NCBI GenBank assembly: GCA_014859345.1
Contig: JACUUL010000004.1
Coordinates: 2,516 to 66,515, forward strand
Direction of reading: 5' to 3'
DNA length: 64,000 bases
From: Thermoleophilia bacterium
GTDB taxonomy: Bacteria > Actinomycetota > Thermoleophilia > BMS3ABIN01
The position numbers were made by a program, and so were the translations under genes. The notes under the pieces are model-generated. The model was not told the DNA's origin, did no database searches, and worked only from the letters and a program-made list of their open reading frames with translations. Below, one piece after another: positions 57,576 through 64,000 of the stretch. Every line of letters starts with the position of its first letter. Within the stretch, counting starts at the first letter, position 1.

Positions 57576-59183
57576 TTATCCCAAGCTGCCTCTCAGCCTG
57601 CCCAGCCGGCAGAGCCATTCGGTGACCAGATCACGGTCTGTGGTGTCGGCGTCCTCCTCGCCGCCCATGCCGCTTTTAACAAACTGCCTCAGCATCGGCT
57701 GCACGGTCTCCAGCAGCACGTGATAACGCCTGTCTTCGGAGGTCGCCGGACCGATCTCGACTCCCAGATGCCGGGAAACCTCCTCCATGTCGGTGAAAAT
57801 CTGCGCTTTCAGCGCCTCATTCAGATGCATTGAAGCCGTTTCGTAATTGGCGAAACGGCCCGCTTTTGCCATGTCTGTCCTCATGCCCGGATAAAGCTGA
57901 AGCAGCCGGCTGATCCCTTCGTCGCCGCGCTGACTGTAGATCTCGGCCAGACCGCGGCCGGTGCCAATGAATTCGGGAGGCAGTCCGATGGAATAAAGAG
58001 CTCCGGTGAAGCTTATGGCGCGGGGAAGGTTTGTTGCTCCTGTCGGTGGAATTGCTTCTATGCGCTGGGCGATGTTCGAGTCCGCCACCAAAGCGGACAG
58101 CTTCTGGGGGTCTGCGGCGGCGCGGGCGTAACCAACAGCGCTCTTCCTGGCCAGGCGGTCGCGCTGGCGGGGTATCAAATCCGACAGAGCAACTGCCGCC
58201 GGCAAAAGCTGGGCAAAGCTGTCCTGGTAGTACCCCGTGAAGATGCCGATCATCGCCGTCAACTCATTCCTTTGGGCATCGCCATAGAAAAGCGGCGGCA
58301 CTCCCGCCAGCATGTCCCGGGCCTTGATGGCCACCTGCCTGGATGCTTCTCTGCCGCAGTCATAACGCAGGCCGGACTGAAGGGTCACGGTCCGTATACC
58401 GGCATAGTCAGGCACCAGCCTCTCGAAATTGTCCAGGCTCACATGGCCCCTGAAAGGCAACACTCCGCCGCCGAAGACGGGAAAGATCTCAACACCTTCT
58501 TCCCGGCCCATGGCAAAACAGTCCGAAATGGCCACCTTCACCGCCAGCACGGACGGCACCATGCCGTAGACCATGGCGGAGTCGCTGCGGCCAAGCATCA
58601 TTCTCAAGCTGCCCACTTCAAAACCGGCCTTTCTGGCGGCGCTTATGTATTCCCGGAGGATCAGCCCGGCCCCCAGCAGTTCCGGCACCTCCTCCACCAG
58701 CGGGATCACCTGAACGGCGTTCGGGTCCCGGGAAATACCGAACTCCTTGTGCCCCAGCTCGATGACATCCTGGATCCGCTGCCTGACATCCACGAGCTCG
58801 GCTGCGGACTCCACCATGGGCACAACCACTTCCCGGATGGCGCCGCCCTCGCCGCTCGAGCTCATCTGGTAATTTGATTCGATGACGCTCATCAACGCCA
58901 TCAGCTGGTGGAAGACCGTCTCCTTGGTGGCGCTGGGGATGCGAGGCGTCACCATGACGTCCTGCCCGGGTATCATCCCCCTTTCCATGAGCCCCAGAGC
59001 AATCTCCGCGGTCTGGTGATACGGCGTCATCTTGCCCTCGTAATCAATCATCGCCTCTTCCAGCCCCAGTCCGATCGGCTGAGGTGTGAGAGCCTCGATG
59101 GCCTCCTTGGGCTCATCTCGCACCGAAACATAGCGCGAGGCGCTATCCGGGTGCTGCGTCATCATTGTGGCTGGAATAAACAT
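57576..59183 (-). CDS. Archaeal-type phosphoenolpyruvate carboxylase (PpcA-like)
   Basis: N-terminal MFIPATMMTQHPDSAS, compared with the PpcA consensus MxIPRxMSTQHPDN. About 535 aa, much shorter than bacterial PEPC. Confidence 0.7.
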   Translation of the reverse strand: MFIPATMMTQHPDSASRYVSVRDEPKEAIEALTPQPIGLGLEEAMIDYEGKMTPYHQTAEIALGLMERGMIPGQDVMVTPRIPSATKETVFHQLMALMSVIESNYQMSSSGEGGAIREVVVPMVESAAELVDVRQRIQDVIELGHKEFGISRDPNAVQVIPLVEEVPELLGAGLILREYISAARKAGFEVGSLRMMLGRSDSAMVYGMVPSVLAVKVAISDCFAMGREEGVEIFPVFGGGVLPFRGHVSLDNFERLVPDYAGIRTVTLQSGLRYDCGREASRQVAIKARDMLAGVPPLFYGDAQRNELTAMIGIFTGYYQDSFAQLLPAAVALSDLIPRQRDRLARKSAVGYARAAADPQKLSALVADSNIAQRIEAIPPTGATNLPRAISFTGALYSIGLPPEFIGTGRGLAEIYSQRGDEGISRLLQLYPGMRTDMAKAGRFANYETASMHLNEALKAQIFTDMEEVSRHLGVEIGPATSEDRRYHVLLETVQPMLRQFVKSGMGGEEDADTTDRDLVTEWLCRLGRLRGSLG

Positions 59184-59244
59184 TATGTTTCAGGTCTTCA
59201 GGGCGCAGGCTGTCACCGATAACAGCAAGGACAATTGGCGCCTT

Positions 59245-60741
59245 TTAGAGTTTTTCCCTGAGAATCTCATTTACGGTCCTGGGGTTTGCCCGCCCCCCGC
59301 TTTCCTTCATGACTTGTCCCACAAAATATCCCAGCACCTGCTTTTTACCGGATTTATACTGCTCCCGCTGCTCCGGATTTGCCTCGATAACGCGGTCGAT
59401 GAGCGCCTCGATCCTGGCGGTGTCCGATATCTGCGCCAGGCCCTTTTCCTCCACGATTTCCCGCGCGGTTTTTCCGGTTTCGCACATCTCAGGAAGTACT
59501 GCCTTGCCGCTGGCGGCGGCGATTTCACCGTCCTTTATCATGGCCAGGAATTCGCCAAATCCCGCCGGCGACAACCAGCACAACTGATCCGCCTGCCCGG
59601 GAGATACAGTTTCGATCGATAGCTTTTTCCCGGATGCGTTCAGATAAGCGCCCAAATCTCCCATGACCCAGTTGCTAAGCATTTTTTGGTCATCAAAATA
59701 ATTGAGAGTTTCATCAAAGAAATCGGAGGTATCGCGGTTCGAGGTCAGTACCTCCGCATCATATTCAGGCAGGTTCAACTCAGTGACATACCGCGCGGCC
59801 CTCACCGACGGCAGCTCGGGCATGCCCGTCCGCACGTCATCCACAAAATCCTGCGAGATTTCAAGGGGCGACAGGTCGGGTTCCGGGAAATAACGGTAAT
59901 CGTGCGCGTATTCCTTGCTCCTCATCGGATGCACCTCGCCACTGGCCACCTCATAATGCACTGTCTGCTGCACCACCGGCCGCCCGGCTTCAAGCAGTCC
60001 GATTTGCCGCTCGATCTCCTTGGCCAGGCCTTTCTCCAGGTGTTTGAAACTGTTCATGTTCTTCAGTTCGGTCTTGACGCCCAGTAAATCAGAACCTGCC
60101 GGACGAACCGATACGTTGGCATCGCATCTCAAAGAGCCTTCCTCCATGTTGCAGTCCGAGACATCCAGATACTGCAGTGTATTCTTCAGCTTGTTCAGAA
60201 AGGACCTGGCCACCTGGGGAGAATGGATGTCGGGTTTGGTGACAATTTCCACCAGCGGGATGCCGCAGCGGTTGAAATCGATGAGTGAATATATCGCTCC
60301 CGCGATGCGCCCGCTCTCGCCCGCGTGGATGTTTTTGCCCGTGTCCTCCTCCTGATGGACCCGTTCGATACCCACCCGGTGCTGCTCCCCATCCATTGTG
60401 ACGTCCAGATGTCCCTCCACCGCGAAAGGCATATCGTACTGAGAGATCTGATATCCCTTTGGCAGGTCTGGATAAAAATAATTTTTTCTGTGGAAGATGC
60501 TCCCGGGCGCTATCCGGCAGTCCAGCGCCAGCGCGATCCGGGCAATATGCCTGATGGCTTCCCTGTTTATGACCGGCAGCGCTCCCGGCTGGGCCGAGCA
60601 CACCGGGCACGTCCTGGTATTTGGTATGCCTCCGAAGCGGGCCTCGCAGCCACAGAACATCTTGCTTTTGGTGGAGAGCTCCACGTGGATTTCCAGACCG
60701 ATAACAGGCTCATATGCCGTGCCGGCAGCCATGTCAGACAT
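59245..60741 (-). CDS. gatB: Asp/Glu-tRNA amidotransferase subunit B
   Basis: GLEIHVELSTKSKMFCGC and the C-terminal YqeY-like domain. It overlaps gatA by 8 nt. Confidence 0.9.
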   Translation of the reverse strand: MSDMAAGTAYEPVIGLEIHVELSTKSKMFCGCEARFGGIPNTRTCPVCSAQPGALPVINREAIRHIARIALALDCRIAPGSIFHRKNYFYPDLPKGYQISQYDMPFAVEGHLDVTMDGEQHRVGIERVHQEEDTGKNIHAGESGRIAGAIYSLIDFNRCGIPLVEIVTKPDIHSPQVARSFLNKLKNTLQYLDVSDCNMEEGSLRCDANVSVRPAGSDLLGVKTELKNMNSFKHLEKGLAKEIERQIGLLEAGRPVVQQTVHYEVASGEVHPMRSKEYAHDYRYFPEPDLSPLEISQDFVDDVRTGMPELPSVRAARYVTELNLPEYDAEVLTSNRDTSDFFDETLNYFDDQKMLSNWVMGDLGAYLNASGKKLSIETVSPGQADQLCWLSPAGFGEFLAMIKDGEIAAASGKAVLPEMCETGKTAREIVEEKGLAQISDTARIEALIDRVIEANPEQREQYKSGKKQVLGYFVGQVMKESGGRANPRTVNEILREKL

Positions 60742-62188
60742 CCTCTTCGATCAGCGGGGAGACCTTGTCGAAACCGATAGCGATCTCGGCGCTGCGGGCC
60801 GCCTGCAACACACGTTTGCCGCTGAAAGCCGGTCCGATTATCTGCAGCCCCACCGGCAATCCCTGTAAAGTCACCCCGCAGGGGATGGAGATCGCAGGCA
60901 CTCCCGCCAGACTCACAGGTATGGTACAAATATCCGAAAGGTACATGGAAAGAGGGTCATCCGCCTTCTCACCGAGCTCGAAAGCCGGGGTGGGCGTGGT
61001 AGGCGAAATCAGAAAATCAAACTCGGCGAACGCCCTTTCGAAATCCTGAAAGATGAGGCTCCGGACTTTCTGCGCCTGGCCGTAGTAAGCCTCGTAGTAG
61101 CCGGAGGAGAGCGCAAAGGTGCCCAGCATGATGCGGCGCTTTACTTCGTCGCCAAACCCCTGGCTGCGCGTCTCTTCGTACATTTGCGTTATACCCTCGG
61201 CTCCGGCCGCCCTGAAACCGTAACGCACGCCGTCGAACCTGGCCAAATTGGAGCTGGCCTCTGCCGGCGCCAGAATGTAGTAGGCCGGCAGCGCGTAATC
61301 CAGATGTTGTAGAGTGGCTTCCCCGATCTGCGCCCCCGCGGCTGACATGGCCTCCACCGCAGTCTCGAAAGCGGACTCCACATCCGGATCAGTGCCCTCG
61401 CGCACCAGCTTCGTGATGACTCCGATTTTGGCACCGGCAAGATCCTGGTCCACCGGAATGCTGAACCCGTGAGGATGCTCAACCGAGGTCGAGTCGAGGG
61501 GATCCTTGCCAGTCAGATACTGCATCATGAGGGCTGCATCATTCACCGTCCTGGTGATTGGCCCCGCCTGGTCGAAAGAGGACGCGAAGGCTATCATCCC
61601 GTAGCGAGAGACGCTGCCGTACGTGGGCTTGAACCCCACCACGCCGCAGAGAGCCGCCGGCTGCCTGATGGAGCCGCCGGTGTCGGAACCCAGCGCCCAG
61701 ATGGCCTCACCACCCGCCACCGCGGCCGCCGACCCGCCGCTGGAGCCGCCGGGGACTCTCTGCAGATCCCACGGGTTGCGTGTGGGTCCGAAGGCTGAAT
61801 TCTCAGTGGATGAACCCATGGCAAACTCGTCCATGTTGGTCTTGCCCAAGATGACGATCCCGGCGTCGATCAACTGCTGGACGCAGGTGGCGGTATAGAC
61901 CGGATCGTAATGTTCCAGCATCTTCGAGGCGCAGGTTGTCACGATCCCCCGGGTGCAAAAAACATCCTTGATGCCTGTGGGCAGGCCCGCCAGCGGCGGG
62001 CCGCCATCCGCGCCCGGGCGGGCAGCATCGTCGAGAGCCCTCTCCCGGGAAATTTCTAGATATGCATGGAGGTCTCCCTCGCGACGGTCCATTTGCTCAA
62101 GATACGCGCGGGTGAGCTCGTCCGCCGAGATCTCGCCCCTTTTCATAAGCTCCAGAGCCTCTATCGCCGTCAACTTGATCAGGCTCAT
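60734..62188 (-). CDS. gatA: Asp/Glu-tRNA amidotransferase subunit A (amidase signature family)
   Basis: Amidase signature GGSSGGSAAAVA...GSDTGGSIRQPA with the Ser-cisSer-Lys triad context. Confidence 0.9.
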   Translation of the reverse strand: MSLIKLTAIEALELMKRGEISADELTRAYLEQMDRREGDLHAYLEISRERALDDAARPGADGGPPLAGLPTGIKDVFCTRGIVTTCASKMLEHYDPVYTATCVQQLIDAGIVILGKTNMDEFAMGSSTENSAFGPTRNPWDLQRVPGGSSGGSAAAVAGGEAIWALGSDTGGSIRQPAALCGVVGFKPTYGSVSRYGMIAFASSFDQAGPITRTVNDAALMMQYLTGKDPLDSTSVEHPHGFSIPVDQDLAGAKIGVITKLVREGTDPDVESAFETAVEAMSAAGAQIGEATLQHLDYALPAYYILAPAEASSNLARFDGVRYGFRAAGAEGITQMYEETRSQGFGDEVKRRIMLGTFALSSGYYEAYYGQAQKVRSLIFQDFERAFAEFDFLISPTTPTPAFELGEKADDPLSMYLSDICTIPVSLAGVPAISIPCGVTLQGLPVGLQIIGPAFSGKRVLQAARSAEIAIGFDKVSPLIEEDV

Positions 62189-62490
62189 GCTTCCGGCTCC
62201 TCGGCTTCGAGAATGGGCGGTACCTTGAAAGCGCCCTCCTCGACCTCGGGGGCGTTGGCAAGCACTTCATCTTGTGAAAGGCATGGCCTGACCTCGTCAT
62301 CGCGGAAAACATTGCTGAGTTTGAGGACGTGCGAAGTCGGTTCGATTTCACTCAGATCCAGTTCGGAAATCTTGTCTATGTGGTCCAGGATGCCGGAAAG
62401 CTGCTCCACGTAGCGGTCCAGCTCCCGCGAATCGAACTTAAGCCGGGCCAGGCGGGCTACATAGATTACATCATCATGGGTAAGCGACAA
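62185..62490 (-). CDS. gatC: Asp/Glu-tRNA amidotransferase subunit C
   Basis: About 100 aa, reading MSLTHDDVIYVARLARLKFDSRELD...; a 4-nt overlap with gatA. Confidence 0.85.
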   Translation of the reverse strand: MSLTHDDVIYVARLARLKFDSRELDRYVEQLSGILDHIDKISELDLSEIEPTSHVLKLSNVFRDDEVRPCLSQDEVLANAPEVEEGAFKVPPILEAEEPEA

Positions 62491-62687
62491 CCCTGCTCCT
62501 TTAACTATCTCGATAGCGGGCCTTTTTTTAGCTGCCCCCGCCTATGATCCGCATCAGGTCTCTTATCTCCAACAAGGGCAAATAATATCATGAAGCGCGG
62601 GCATCTTCTTTCACGGCGCGACCCTTTACGGCCGGGCCTCCGTCATCCTCCTTGTTAAAGCTCCCGGCCTTGATTATGCTATAAACG

Positions 62688-63506
62688 ATGCCATCCTTTT
62701 TAACGAAGACCTTTAATTCCTTCCGGACCCTCAAACTGCTCGACGGCGCGGTGATGTTCGCCGTCTTCGCGGCCGTAATCAGCGTGGGGATCTTCTTCCC
62801 GCGAATGTGGCTCCTGTATATAGGCGCGTCGCTGTTGGCCGTCCTCTATTCGCAGCTTTTTGGCCGCGGGCAGAAAAAGACCGGTTACATCCTGATCGTG
62901 GCGGGCCTGGCGATGCTGCTTGCCTTGCCTGCCAACTGGGCTTATTGGGTGAAGTGGGATCAGCGGAACCTGCCTGCGGCTTTCGAGCAGGAGTCGGCTG
63001 CGGCACTGGTGCTCAATCAATCTGTCCTTGCGGATCTGCAAGGAGCCGCCGAGAAGGAGAAACTCAGGGCGATGGCCACCGCGTTCAAGGCAGGTCTCGT
63101 TAACGGCCAGACGATCGCCCGCATCGAGATACCCAGAATCGGCATGACAGGCATAATCGTGGAAGGAACAGATGATAACTCGCTGAGCAAGGGCATCGGC
63201 CATTTGGAGGAAACACCGTTGCCGGGCATGCAGGGCAACTTCTCCATCGCGGGCGACCGGGTCCTCTACGGAGCTCCGTTTCTCAAGCTTAACGAGCTGG
63301 AAGCCGGCGACGAGATCATAGTCCAAACCACCTACGGGCTCTTTACTTATTCTGTCTACGACAAAAAAATCGTCACGCCCGAAGATGTCAGCGTCGTCAG
63401 ATCTACCGGCGAGGAGATCATAACCCTCATTACCTGCGACCCGCCATGGAGCACCTCCCGCCGCCTTATCGTCCATGGAGCGGTCACCTCGGCGTCCCTG
63501 CTTTAG
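62688..63506 (+). CDS. Sortase-family transpeptidase (class E-like)
   Basis: N-terminal membrane anchor, and the catalytic TLITC motif near the C-terminus with a conserved His upstream (IGHLEETPLPG). Confidence 0.65.
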   Translation: MPSFLTKTFNSFRTLKLLDGAVMFAVFAAVISVGIFFPRMWLLYIGASLLAVLYSQLFGRGQKKTGYILIVAGLAMLLALPANWAYWVKWDQRNLPAAFEQESAAALVLNQSVLADLQGAAEKEKLRAMATAFKAGLVNGQTIARIEIPRIGMTGIIVEGTDDNSLSKGIGHLEETPLPGMQGNFSIAGDRVLYGAPFLKLNELEAGDEIIVQTTYGLFTYSVYDKKIVTPEDVSVVRSTGEEIITLITCDPPWSTSRRLIVHGAVTSASLL

Positions 63507-63643
63507 GAAGTCCAGTTTTTCACCGCCGGCGGCCCGCCAATCGCGGACTGTCGAGAGCGGAAAAAAAGACAGCGGAAAAAAAAGGGCCCCCTTGGGGACC
63601 CGTTGATCGGTTTTATTCCGTGGCGTGGACAGCCTGGCGTTCT

Positions 63644-64000
63644 CTAAAAACTCCGCATCATGCCGCCCATAGATCCGCCGCCCATGGGTCCCGCTGACGC
63701 GGGCGGAGTTCCGGGTGTGCCGTTGCTCCCTGGTTGGGAGCCCTGGTAGGTCTGGCAGGTCTCTTGCATCTGCTGCCAATCACCGTTCTGCATCGCCTGG
63801 CTCATTGCGTCGTGCATCTGCTGCATGCCCTCGGGCACATACTCGCTCATGCCGTCATGCATCTGCTGCATCTGCTCCCAGTCGCCGCCGCCCATCATGC
63901 CCGGGCCCATGGTCCCGGTACCGGGTGTGACAGTGGTTCCACCGTTATCGCCGGCAGGCGGCGCTGGAGTTCCGGGAGGCGTGGCGCCTGCGCCAGGGGC
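63644..64000 (-). CDS. Partial (N-terminus beyond the window end) Gly/Met/Gln/His-rich repetitive protein, possibly a SilE/PcoE-like metal-binding periplasmic protein
   Basis: The frame is open to the window edge. There are repeats of DW[EQ]QMQ(E/Q), MQQMHD[GA]MS and GMM. There is no catalytic motif, and the coding strand is inferred from the repeat periodicity only. Confidence 0.3.
   Translation of the reverse strand, partial: APGAGATPPGTPAPPAGDNGGTTVTPGTGTMGPGMMGGGDWEQMQQMHDGMSEYVPEGMQQMHDAMSQAMQNGDWQQMQETCQTYQGSQPGSNGTPGTPPASAGPMGGGSMGGMMRSF

Overview
High-GC (about 60%) bacterial chromosomal segment, densely coding, with no transposase, integrase or CRISPR array seen. All calls are by eye from the six-frame translations; no similarity search was run.

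Two dissimilatory sulfur modules sit about 10 kb apart, both on the minus strand:
- adk-sat-aprB-aprA-qmoA-qmoB-qmoC plus a trailing CxxCxxCC (YkgJ-like) gene, at about 16.2-27.2 kb. This is the APS reductase/ATP sulfurylase/Qmo electron-transfer set.
- A translationally coupled operon at 2.0-7.9 kb: radical-SAM, lipoate-protein ligase with a Cys-rich C-terminal domain, geranylgeranyl-reductase-like flavoprotein, a second radical-SAM, then tusA and a dsrE-like gene. This matches the specialised lipoate-assembly genes (LipS1/LipS2, sLpl(AB), LipT) described next to sulfur-oxidising Hdr-like systems, but no hdr or lbpA gene is visible in this window.

Most notable single gene: a thioredoxin-fold lipoprotein (12717-13157) whose redox motif reads T-[TGA]-P-A-C exactly where a thioredoxin has C-x-x-C. 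It is a strong selenocysteine (UxxC) candidate that a standard ORF caller truncates at 65 aa.

Other content:
- A tRNA cluster (Ser-GGA, Ser-CGA, Ser-GCT, Arg-CCG, Arg-ACG) with tadA embedded right after its substrate tRNA-Arg(ACG); tRNA-Ser(TGA) and serS lie 20 kb away, completing the Ser isoacceptor set.
- leuA-like/leuCD/leuB, an archaeal-type PEP carboxylase and gatCAB.
- ileS, a UspA-like gene, a class V cysteine desulfurase, fdhD, and an Rrf2 regulator.
- Two multi-sensor PP2C phosphatases.
- A cell-envelope glycosylation block (galE, ymdB-like, two GT-C membrane glycosyltransferases, gtrA).
- A sortase and a partial Met/His/Gln-rich repetitive secreted protein at the window end.
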